DNA of 64,000 nt from positions 11,452 to 75,451 of IMG/VR virus record IMGVR_UViG_3300031772_000013, one strand, 5' to 3'. The stretch's first letter is position 1. The number at the start of each line of letters is the position of its first letter. The notes under the pieces are model-generated. The model saw nothing but the letters and a program-made list of their open reading frames with translations, was not told the DNA's origin and searched no databases. Below, piece after piece: positions 38,204 to 46,234 of this stretch. This stretch comes from a virus. The position numbers and the translations under genes are program-made.

Positions 38204-39493
38204 GTGAGTGAAGCCTTCTACAACGAGAACGAACCGTACGCGGCCCAGTGGCTCGAAAACCTTGAGCGCGAAGGGCACATCGCCCCGGGCAAAGTCGACG
38301 CGCGGAGCATCGTCGACATCAAGCCGAAAGACCTCGAAGGCTTCCAGCAAGCGCACTTCTTCGCCGGCCTTGGCGGCTGGTCCCACGCGCTCCGGCTCGC
38401 GGGGTGGCCAGACGACGAAGAAGTCTGGACAGGGTCGTGCCCTTGTCAACCCTTCTCGACGGCAGGGCGTCGCAAAGGCTTTGCCGACGAGCGCCATCTC
38501 TGGCCGGAGTGGTTCCGACTCATCCGCAAGTGCCGTCCTAGGGTTGTCTTTGGCGAGCAAATTGCGGGAACTGACGGCCTCCGGTGGCTCGACCTTGTTT
38601 TCGCTGACATGGAAGGTGCGGGTTACGCCTGCTGGGCGACGGATACCTGCGCTGCGGGGGTCGGGGCGCCGCATCTCCGACAGCGGTTGTACTTCGTGGC
38701 CTACGCCAGTAGCGAGCGACTCCGGCGGCCCGACGTGCCACAACCGCACCTGGAGCAAGACTCAATGCAATCTGCACAACGTGGTCCTGGGCCGGGGCAA
38801 ACAGATGGACGGGCGCGTGTTCGAGACGTCGTCAGCGGCTCTTTCGGGCTGGCCGACTCCGGTGAGCAACGACGCAACCGGATCGACTCACCAGTACAGC
38901 CGGGGGGATCACACCAAGCCGATCCTGAAGCTGACGGGCACAGCACGGCTCGCGAGTTGGGCAACGCCCGCAGCCAAGGAGGCGGGGGGCACGCCGGAGC
39001 AGTTCCTCGAACGGAAGCGAAAAGCAAACGCGAAGGGCGCATCGCTCGGGGTGTCGCTCACGAGCCTGAGTCTGCAAGCGACGCTCTCGAGTTGGGCGAC
39101 GCCAGCGGCGCGCGATCACCGGTCGGACCGGGGCCAGAAGAGCGATTCGGAGCAGTACGGTACGAAGGGCCGTCCCCTGCCGAGACAGGCGCTACTCGTG
39201 GATTCTGGCGCGACGCCGAGTGGTGGGTCTGCCGCGACGGGAAAGCTCGCCCAACTGAATCCTCGGCACAGTGGATGGCTGATGGGTTATCCGCGCGCCT
39301 GGGACGAGTGCGCTCCGATGCCGACGCTGCGTTCGCGCAAAGGCTAGCCGACGCGGGATCGTTTCCACTTGCTCTCGACGCGCCTGCCCGGGTCGGCCGC
39401 CTCAAAGCCTACGGTAACGCCATCGTCCCGCAGCAAGCCGCCCTCTTCATCCGGGCGGTAATGCCGCTGATCGGGCTGAAACCTGCGGGCTAG
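38204..39493 (+). CDS. C5-cytosine DNA methyltransferase, alpha chain (N-terminal catalytic motifs and motif X)
   Basis: FFAGLGG, GSCPCQPFS, FGEQI, GAPHLRQRLYFVA, RLKAYGNAIVP. Confidence 0.9.
   Translation: MSEAFYNENEPYAAQWLENLEREGHIAPGKVDARSIVDIKPKDLEGFQQAHFFAGLGGWSHALRLAGWPDDEEVWTGSCPCQPFSTAGRRKGFADERHLWPEWFRLIRKCRPRVVFGEQIAGTDGLRWLDLVFADMEGAGYACWATDTCAAGVGAPHLRQRLYFVAYASSERLRRPDVPQPHLEQDSMQSAQRGPGPGQTDGRARVRDVVSGSFGLADSGEQRRNRIDSPVQPGGSHQADPEADGHSTARELGNARSQGGGGHAGAVPRTEAKSKREGRIARGVAHEPESASDALELGDASGARSPVGPGPEERFGAVRYEGPSPAETGATRGFWRDAEWWVCRDGKARPTESSAQWMADGLSARLGRVRSDADAAFAQRLADAGSFPLALDAPARVGRLKAYGNAIVPQQAALFIRAVMPLIGLKPAG
38208..39347 (+). CDS. Overlapping alternative-frame MTase beta chain (W[PA]TP repeats + motif IX); start uncertain
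   Basis: SWPTP, GWPTP, SWATP, SWATP, then QLNPRHSGWLMGYPRAW. Confidence 0.7.
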   Translation: MKPSTTRTNRTRPSGSKTLSAKGTSPRAKSTRGASSTSSRKTSKASSKRTSSPALAAGPTRSGSRGGQTTKKSGQGRALVNPSRRQGVAKALPTSAISGRSGSDSSASAVLGLSLASKLRELTASGGSTLFSLTWKVRVTPAGRRIPALRGSGRRISDSGCTSWPTPVASDSGGPTCHNRTWSKTQCNLHNVVLGRGKQMDGRVFETSSAALSGWPTPVSNDATGSTHQYSRGDHTKPILKLTGTARLASWATPAAKEAGGTPEQFLERKRKANAKGASLGVSLTSLSLQATLSSWATPAARDHRSDRGQKSDSEQYGTKGRPLPRQALLVDSGATPSGGSAATGKLAQLNPRHSGWLMGYPRAWDECAPMPTLRSRKG

Positions 39494-39531
39494 CGCACGG
39501 GGCCGCTTCGGGGGTACCCTTTGGGGCCGGC

Positions 39532-41250
39532 ATGAAGAAGAGCCTACCGATCAAGCGTGCCGTTTTCTGGCTCGACGGCGGCGCGCGCGTGCCCGGGTGG
39601 TCGACCGGCAAGACGTGGAACGGTTGGGGCGTGCCGCTGTTCGATGAGAGCCAGATCGAAGCGGCGAGAGCCGCGCTCCGAGCCGCTGGCATAGAGAGCG
39701 AGTTGCACAGCGGCGACATCTTGGAGCTCTGGCCCGTCGAGGAGCCCGATCTGATCACTGAGCACCAGGCGATTCGACTCAAGGGGAAAACCTACTACTG
39801 GCAACTCGACGGCCTCACCTGGAACGAAGAGAGCTCGGGCGGGCGCCGCGCCGATGAGGCTAGCGCAGACGTCTGGGGCCACGCTCCATTGCCTGAGTCG
39901 ATGTTAAGGGATGTGGCGCGCGATCTTCGTCGCTTGAACAATATGACGTCCTCGGCGGCGTTTCGTGAAGGCACTAAACTTCGCGTCTATCTTCAGCTCG
40001 CGGACGACGGGACTTGGGGGATCGGAGACCGCGAACCCACGTCCGGCCGATGGGGCTCGGCGGCCATACCTGGAAACAACCGCCGATTCAACGCCACCGC
40101 CGTTGCGCGCGATCTTCTCGCGCAGGTCGAACGAGATAGCCATGCCGAGGAGAGACACATGCGCGAAGACAACAAGAAAGGCCCTTTTTTCGTGACGCTC
40201 TCGGCAGCGCCGAATCGTGACTTCGGACCAGGGAGCCACGAGGCGTCAGTCAGAATCCCTCCTCGGAAGCAGAAAGTGGTGAGCCTCGCCTACGCTTCGA
40301 AGGTCGTGCAGCGCTTCATCGCAGAACATGATCTAGGCAGCGGCAACTGGACAGGCGGACTCATCACTGATGCTTCGGGGAAGGCGATCGGCCGTGTCGC
40401 CTACAACGGGCGCATCTTCGATCTCGATGACAAGATCATGTGGGACAACCAGACCTCTCCGGGCGTGCGCGAAGACCGGTTCGAGATCCCGGGCTGGATC
40501 GCCGCAGTGGGGTGGAGTGGAGTCGAGTGGGTTGTGTACGGTATCGGAGAAGACGAAGACGAAGCTGCTGCCGACGCCAGAAATTGGACGGAGACGCCGT
40601 GGCTTACGTTCTTGCCGATTTCCAAAGATCAGATCGCGGCCATGGGTGACCACAAAGAGGAGAACCGATGCGCCGCAATCGGTCTCGATGTCGGCAACGC
40701 CAGCCGTACGGCTCCGCGACATTTGCGCGCCGAAGAACATCGCGTGCGCGAAAGCCGGTTCGAGATCCCCGGCTGGAGCGTCGGGTACCACTCCGAGATC
40801 AGCGCTCACGCCGCAGTTCGAACGGGCAGGGGGCGCGACTGGCTCTTTGTCATGACGACGCCCGAGGACCGAGAGCCGCGGAGCCTCGACGAAGAGGTGA
40901 CGGTCGGGCTCTACTTCTTCGACGGAGACGACTGGGAGCAGATCGCGTACGTCGACTTCCCCGACGTCCGTTCGGTGATCAAACTGGGCGACGCAGAACT
41001 CCACCTCGTCATCGAGCACGGACTGTCGCTGGATCAATCCCGCGAGCTACTCGTCCAGGAGTTCGACGACTGGGACGGCGAAGACACGCTCACGTCGTGG
41101 ATGCAGACGATCCTCAAGGATGCTGGCGTAGAGCCGGAGGAGGCGGGCGCAGATGCCGCCACGCACGAGGCTACCGAGCAAATCTACAACGCCTCTCCAG
41201 CGCAGATCCTCGAGTACATGGACGAGCGATCGAAAGCCCTCAACGAGTGA
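39532..41250 (+). CDS. Modular polyprotein (about 5 small domains) with ADEA/MRED/VRED/VRES linkers
   Basis: Linkers at 40159, 40465 and 40744. Duplicated VRE[DS]RFEIPGW. One unit is the NRDF...LGSGNWTGG...RVAYNGR small phage domain. Confidence 0.7.
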   Translation: MKKSLPIKRAVFWLDGGARVPGWSTGKTWNGWGVPLFDESQIEAARAALRAAGIESELHSGDILELWPVEEPDLITEHQAIRLKGKTYYWQLDGLTWNEESSGGRRADEASADVWGHAPLPESMLRDVARDLRRLNNMTSSAAFREGTKLRVYLQLADDGTWGIGDREPTSGRWGSAAIPGNNRRFNATAVARDLLAQVERDSHAEERHMREDNKKGPFFVTLSAAPNRDFGPGSHEASVRIPPRKQKVVSLAYASKVVQRFIAEHDLGSGNWTGGLITDASGKAIGRVAYNGRIFDLDDKIMWDNQTSPGVREDRFEIPGWIAAVGWSGVEWVVYGIGEDEDEAAADARNWTETPWLTFLPISKDQIAAMGDHKEENRCAAIGLDVGNASRTAPRHLRAEEHRVRESRFEIPGWSVGYHSEISAHAAVRTGRGRDWLFVMTTPEDREPRSLDEEVTVGLYFFDGDDWEQIAYVDFPDVRSVIKLGDAELHLVIEHGLSLDQSRELLVQEFDDWDGEDTLTSWMQTILKDAGVEPEEAGADAATHEATEQIYNASPAQILEYMDERSKALNE

Positions 41251-41555
41251 GCAACCCGCGCTACCTGAGCCTCTGGCTCATCGACCAGTACGTGTCCGCA
41301 GCCAGGAAGCTCGGCGTGTCGGTCGTGGCGCGAAGCTCTCGCGGCTTCATGGCCGCGTACCGCCGAGCCGGCGGAGATCCGGACCGGCTGTCGGACGACT
41401 GGGCGAGTAAGCGCGACGCCTTCGTGGCGAGGCACATGGCGCAGGTGAAGGCGCGCGGCGAGCCGCTCTGGAAGGACGGCGTGCCAACGCGCAGACACCT
41501 GGCGCTGATCATGTGGGCGTACTCGCCGAGCCCGGCGCGTCTTGCTAAACTGTAA
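41247..41555 (+). CDS. Small basic viral protein (GVS.VARS.RGF...RH...PTRRHLALIMWAYSP)
   Basis: GTG overlaps the previous stop. Confidence 0.6.
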   Translation: MSNPRYLSLWLIDQYVSAARKLGVSVVARSSRGFMAAYRRAGGDPDRLSDDWASKRDAFVARHMAQVKARGEPLWKDGVPTRRHLALIMWAYSPSPARLAKL

Positions 41556-41560
41556 TTGAC

Positions 41561-42640
41561 ATGCGCCTCCGTGATCATGCGCTCCGTGACCCACCGGTTC
41601 ACACGACGCCAGATGAAGTGATCCGGACGGACGTCTACGTGCCACAGGTGGGTGACCGCCACGAGATCACGGCGCCCTCGATGCACCCATTCGATGCTGT
41701 CGTTACCGGCGTGAACGGATCGAAGGCCGCAGTTGCTCGCGCCGATCCCGGTGGAGAGCCGAGCGCCTACGGCGTGACAATGCCAGCGGCGTCGGTAGCT
41801 CACTTCGTCAATGATCTACGTGGGCACGTCTACAGCCAGTACGCTTCCGGCGATCCGGTCATCGACGCTGTCACACAAGGTGACGCCGAATTTCTCGGCA
41901 AGGGCGACGACGGGCTCGTCTTCCGCGTCGACACCTCAGAAGGCGAGGTCGCCGTGAAGGTGTCGACAACCGTACCATTCCAGCCGTTCAACCCGAATCA
42001 CCTGACTCCGCGCGAAGCCGCCAACAGGCTCTCGGAGCAGCAGGCCGCAAGTGAGTCGATGCTAGCCGACGGGGTCCCGGGTATCCTTCCCTCGACTTTC
42101 GTCATGCACAGTGACAAAGGCTTCATGGTCAAGCCGTACGTCGAGATCCCAGATCACCTGACGCGCGCTCAGCTCGACGAGGCAGCAGCCTCGGTCGAGG
42201 CCGCACACAGAGCTGGCTGGGCGTTTCACGATTCTCTACAGGTTGGTCTATGGGATGGCCACGTCTATCATTTCGATACCGGCAAGGTTGAGCACGTCGG
42301 CGTCGGCAAACGCACCGACCCCGACGATTGGCACTCCGATGCGCATAGCGATGTGCAGAGTCTTAAGCGTCTGTTCTCTGACAACGGCGAGCGCTACTTG
42401 ACCAAAGCCGAGCAGCAAAACCCGATCAAGGAGTTCGAGGAGTTGTATGGCTTGGATGTTCGGAGGCTGGATCTCGAACAACGCAAGAAGTACCGAGGGC
42501 TCGTTCTGCGACTTGCTCACAAGATCAAGCTGTTCCTGATAAACCATCCCGGCGAGGACCATGGCCTGTGGTCAGAAATACCCGAGTACGCCCGCGATGA
42601 GGCTCGTGATATGATGAACCGACTCAAGGATCCAACATGA
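41561..42640 (+). CDS. Protein-kinase-like fold protein
   Basis: LGKGDDGLVF, VAVKVS, FHD, HFDTG. Confidence 0.7.
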   Translation: MRLRDHALRDPPVHTTPDEVIRTDVYVPQVGDRHEITAPSMHPFDAVVTGVNGSKAAVARADPGGEPSAYGVTMPAASVAHFVNDLRGHVYSQYASGDPVIDAVTQGDAEFLGKGDDGLVFRVDTSEGEVAVKVSTTVPFQPFNPNHLTPREAANRLSEQQAASESMLADGVPGILPSTFVMHSDKGFMVKPYVEIPDHLTRAQLDEAAASVEAAHRAGWAFHDSLQVGLWDGHVYHFDTGKVEHVGVGKRTDPDDWHSDAHSDVQSLKRLFSDNGERYLTKAEQQNPIKEFEELYGLDVRRLDLEQRKKYRGLVLRLAHKIKLFLINHPGEDHGLWSEIPEYARDEARDMMNRLKDPT

Positions 42641-42924
42641 AGCCTCTCACAATCCCAACTGTTCACCTGGGCGGCACCTCGGCTCAGAACCTCATTGATC
42701 CGCTTCTGACCGCCACGAAAGCCTTGCGGGCTGCCATGCGTGCCCTCGATGCGACGGAGCCCAATTCTCGCGACTACTACCTGCAAGGAGCAGACGCTTT
42801 TCAGCAAGCCGTGCGCGAACAAGATGCGCGGGGACGCAAGCTTCGCGAGGTCTCCGATGAGCTATACGAGATCGTAGAAGCGGTGCAGGAGCAGGCCGAC
42901 GCGCGGGTGCGGCAGAGGCGTTAG
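42637..42924 (+). CDS. Small helical hypothetical protein
   Basis: ATGA overlap. PTVHLGGTS...PNSRDYY. Confidence 0.55.
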   Translation: MKPLTIPTVHLGGTSAQNLIDPLLTATKALRAAMRALDATEPNSRDYYLQGADAFQQAVREQDARGRKLREVSDELYEIVEAVQEQADARVRQRR

Positions 42925-42975
42925 TTAGCCTTCTCCTTGCGCGCGGCCTGCGGGCGGGGCATCATCGAACTTCAC

Positions 42976-43317
42976 GGGGCCGATCGGTTTCGACGCTGGA
43001 AAGGAGAACCGTCTCGCGTGCAAGAGCGCCCATCTCTTCAAGGGGCATCTGCTAGTTGCCAACGACAACAGCATCGCTCTGCCCGTCCAGAAGGCGGCCT
43101 GAGCCGTCGGGCTAGGAAGATCGTCCTGGTACCAAGTCCGGCGCAATCACTAGGGCTGGCTCATCGAGAAGCCTCGAGTAGATGAGCGAGGATCACACGA
43201 GAAGTAGGGCGCGGCCGAATCCGCGAACTCAGCCGGCGGGGACACGCCGGCTACGCACGTGAACGAGAGACGCTTCAACTTCTAACGGACCGGGGTTCGA
43301 TTCCCCGCGGCTCCACC
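42976..43317 (+). ncRNA. ssrA: tmRNA (one-piece), tag peptide (A)ANDNSIALPVQKAA
   Basis: 5' GGGGCCG pairs with CGGCTCC (43308-43314), including the G3:U pair. T-arm CGGGG TTCGATT CCCCG. Discriminator A followed by CC. pk1 stems AAGAG/CTCTT and GCCC/GGGC. Tag ORF 43058-43102. Confidence 0.93.
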
Positions 43318-43358
43318 GGCCCCCCTCCCGGGGTCGTGGTGGAGGCAGAAGGGAATCA

Positions 43359-43409
43359 CCGCCCTTCGCCCCAGAAACGGCTCGGCAACCCCGGGCCGTT
43401 TCGTTTTCT
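43359..43409 (+). repeat. Copy 1 of a ~50-bp direct repeat containing a terminator-like hairpin
   Basis: ccgcccttcgccccagaaacggctcggcaaccccgggccgtttcgttttct. Confidence 0.8.
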
Positions 43410-43722
43410 ACGTGGCGGGCTTCGAGGATCCACACCGCGGAGACGCTCCAGCGGCGAACGCCGCGCGGATCACCTGCGTCGTGTCCGCGCCATGTGCCTT
43501 CACCAACGCTAGCTTTGCCTCGGGGTAGGTAACGGGGATCAGTCCCTTGGACGAGTACCAGAGCAGGTTGATCGGCCACTCGCGCGCAAACTGTTCGGTG
43601 GTGCTTTCCTGCCATCCGTCGGGCAACACCCACGTGTCCGAGCCGGCCGAGAGCATGAAGAAGTGGTCGAGGGTGCAGGGCGAGTGCGTTTTCACTTCCT
43701 CCAGCGTCATTGTGAAACGCAT
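43408..43722 (-). CDS. Hypothetical protein
   Basis: Clean ORF ending in repeat copy 1. Confidence 0.55.
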   Translation of the reverse strand: MRFTMTLEEVKTHSPCTLDHFFMLSAGSDTWVLPDGWQESTTEQFAREWPINLLWYSSKGLIPVTYPEAKLALVKAHGADTTQVIRAAFAAGASPRCGSSKPAT

Positions 43723-43734
43723 GGCTGCCGACTC

Positions 43735-44328
43735 TTACGGGAAGGCCCCGAGCGTGCCGGTCCCCGCCTGCGTAACGCTCGCTCCGGCAATCTCGCTTGC
43801 CTTGAGCCAGCTTCCCGGTACGGACGTGAAGCCATCCGATCCGTTGATCACGATGAGCGGGAGGTTCGCGTTGTTGTAGGGGACCGCGATCGTTGCCTTG
43901 GTCGCCCCTACGGGGATCCGCACAGATGAAAGACTCCGATAGGTCTGGAAACCGGGTGCCATGTCCCCGCCCGCGACGCTATTCACGATCATCAGGAAGT
44001 CGGCGGGGAACACTGGAGCGGCAACGAAACTCACTGCGACCCCAAACGAGAACTCGTGATTCGCGTTCGGAACGTCAGGGTTCTGCACGTTCAAACTCAC
44101 ATCGACCTCAAGGAAGTTCCCTGGAGTGACGACGGGGAGCACGACCCGAAGCGGCACGGTGCCACTCGGGTTACTTGGAATCTCGGTATCGAACGGGCCG
44201 ACCGTCGCCGGCAGCGTGCGCGTTTTCTCAACCTGCGCATATCCGACCTGGATGAGGCCGCCGCCGCCACCAGAGCGCTCAGGGTACGTCTCGGTCGCGT
44301 ATCGTCCCTTGCCGATGACTCTGCTCAT
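43735..44328 (-). CDS. Beta-rich putative virion protein with N-terminal IGKGRYATETYP motif
   Basis: Shared N-terminal motif followed by a poly-Gly linker. Confidence 0.6.
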   Translation of the reverse strand: MSRVIGKGRYATETYPERSGGGGGLIQVGYAQVEKTRTLPATVGPFDTEIPSNPSGTVPLRVVLPVVTPGNFLEVDVSLNVQNPDVPNANHEFSFGVAVSFVAAPVFPADFLMIVNSVAGGDMAPGFQTYRSLSSVRIPVGATKATIAVPYNNANLPLIVINGSDGFTSVPGSWLKASEIAGASVTQAGTGTLGAFP

Positions 44329-44380
44329 GACCGAGAGTCTACCGGGGCCTCGTGGACTGCGCTAGAGAGGGCACGAATGC

Positions 44381-44430
44381 CCGCCCTTCGCCCCAGAAGC
44401 GGCCCGGTAACCCCGGCCGTTTCGCTTTCT
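44381..44430 (+). repeat. Copy 2 of the ~50-bp direct repeat
   Basis: ccgcccttcgccccagaagcggcccggtaaccccggccgtttcgctttct (4 substitutions and 1 indel versus copy 1). Confidence 0.8.
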
Positions 44431-44445
44431 GGTAGGCTACCCTCC

Positions 44446-44967
44446 ATGTCAGACGACGACTATCGGATGGAGCACCAGGCGCCTGACGCGGAGAGCGGCT
44501 CGCCACTCTACGACGTCACGCTAAACGGCACGTACCCTCGAGATTTCTACGATCGCCCGAGCTGGTATCTTTCCGGGCACGATTCCGACTGGGAGGCGAT
44601 CGGGATCATCAGGGCAAGCCTCAACAAACCGGACAGGCGGCTTTGGATCTACCGCGCAGTTCCGCGTGGCGTCCGCAACTTCAACACGGGTGACTGGGTA
44701 TCCATCACCAAGAGCTACGCGCGGGACCACGGGAGGCATCCGACAGACACGGAGCAGGACATGCCCGTACTCGCCGCGCGAGTATACGCGCACGACCTCT
44801 ACACGAGCGGCGATTCGCTTCAGGAGTGGGGCTACGTGGGGCCGACGAAAGAAGGTCTGGTGGTGTTCCGTCCGCGCAAGAAGCCCAGCGAGGAGCAGAT
44901 TGAAGCGAGGAACGTTGCTAGACGAAGCGCCTCTTCGAGAGCGCGTGTCGCGAGGTGGAGAGACTAG
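44446..44967 (+). CDS. Polyvalent-protein-type domain, possibly ART-like
   Basis: YRMEHQAP...IYRAVP...GDWVS...YARDHG...GDSLQEWGY. Confidence 0.55.
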   Translation: MSDDDYRMEHQAPDAESGSPLYDVTLNGTYPRDFYDRPSWYLSGHDSDWEAIGIIRASLNKPDRRLWIYRAVPRGVRNFNTGDWVSITKSYARDHGRHPTDTEQDMPVLAARVYAHDLYTSGDSLQEWGYVGPTKEGLVVFRPRKKPSEEQIEARNVARRSASSRARVARWRD

Positions 44968-46229
44968 TCTCGCCCCACCACAACGACAGCCGGGAACTCC
45001 CTGGCCTTCAGATGCCAGAGCGCAACGAAGCGGTGTGCCCCCTCGATGATGAACGGCCCCTTCTCGTCGATGCCGATGATGAGCGGGCTGATCTCGCCAG
45101 AGCGCCCGATCAGCTCGGCCAGGCGCTCGCTCCGCTCGAAGTCGTCCGCGGCGTAGAACACCGAGCGCGGGTTGCCGAGGTCGGACATCGGCACGACGCG
45201 AACGCCCGGGAGCTCTTCCTGCTCCTCCATGTAGTCGTCGATCGATTCGACGTTCGGAACGTCTTTGCGCACGAGGCGCCCGTCGACGTACTCGCCAGCT
45301 CGTGGGTAGCGCGAGCCTGTCGATTCGATCAGGGATTCGAGCGAGGTCGCCTCGCGCAATCCGAATGGACGGCTCTTCTGCCCCCACAACGCTTGCGCCG
45401 CCTCCGTGTGGGGCTCGTCCGGGAGAAAACTGAGCCCCGATAGTTGCTCCGCCCACACGTAGAGCTCCGTCGCGATCCCCTGCCGACGGTATTCGGGGCG
45501 CACCTCGATGGCGCCCTTCAGCGTTTCGTCCGAAGGACGCTCTCTCCCGTAGAACAGGGAGCCGACGACCTTGTTTCCATCGACCGCGATGATGGTGGCG
45601 TAGCCGCCCTTGTGCGGAAGCCAGTGCATCTCGTATCCGTTGAACGGTTTACTCTTCTGAGCGCGCCTCAACGAGTCCCGCAAGGAGTCGTCCAGGGCCG
45701 CCCACTTGCGGGGGTCATCGCTTGGGCCTGATTCGCGCATCTCACCTGCGCCGCGCTCGACGAGAAACACGGCCGGGATGCTCTTCCAAGCCATTCCGAT
45801 CGCGTAGCTGACCCTGCCACGCCCGTCGCCGATGGCGGTGTCCCCGTTGCGGAGCGTCACGACGACGATGGGAGGCACGGTGCGGGGCGTCCACTGGACA
45901 GCGCGCTTGGCCCAGGCCGCCCCTCGGAACGAGTGTAGTTCAAGGACACGGTCTTGCTCGTCGAGTTCCTTGAGATCCCCGTGCCGCCATTCGGGCCACG
46001 AAGAGAGATCGTCGTAGATGCCGAGTTCCTTGAGCGACACGACGCGGGATTCGATGGCGAAGTCGTCAAGGTTCAGCTCGTGCTCGCTGGAGTCACTCAT
46101 GTGATCCAGAGCGTCCGCCAAGTCTTGCGGATCGGCCTCGATGCTTTGCGCTGGCTCTCGCATCGTCGCGACTGAGCGGCGAGTGAGCTGGCTCCCTTTG
46201 GGTTCGATTCGGTAGTAGAGCTTGGGCAT
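44964..46229 (-). CDS. Polyprotein: ParB/Srx - GNAT acetyltransferase - ParB/Srx
   Basis: PPIVV...GDGRGR; IEVRPEYRRQGIATELY; SPLII...IEGAHR. Linkers MREP, GAGEMRES, LREA. Confidence 0.75.
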   Translation of the reverse strand: MPKLYYRIEPKGSQLTRRSVATMREPAQSIEADPQDLADALDHMSDSSEHELNLDDFAIESRVVSLKELGIYDDLSSWPEWRHGDLKELDEQDRVLELHSFRGAAWAKRAVQWTPRTVPPIVVVTLRNGDTAIGDGRGRVSYAIGMAWKSIPAVFLVERGAGEMRESGPSDDPRKWAALDDSLRDSLRRAQKSKPFNGYEMHWLPHKGGYATIIAVDGNKVVGSLFYGRERPSDETLKGAIEVRPEYRRQGIATELYVWAEQLSGLSFLPDEPHTEAAQALWGQKSRPFGLREATSLESLIESTGSRYPRAGEYVDGRLVRKDVPNVESIDDYMEEQEELPGVRVVPMSDLGNPRSVFYAADDFERSERLAELIGRSGEISPLIIGIDEKGPFIIEGAHRFVALWHLKAREFPAVVVVGRD

Positions 46230-46234
46230 TGTTT

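Noticed and set aside
33942-39493. Restriction-modification system
   Set aside because: No cognate restriction endonuclease was recognised beside either methyltransferase, so they are treated as orphan protective MTases.
43287-43317. tRNA gene or att-site remnant
   Set aside because: It pairs with a 5' end about 340 nt upstream and encloses a tag ORF, so it is the 3' end of a full tmRNA. No second copy was noticed in the window.
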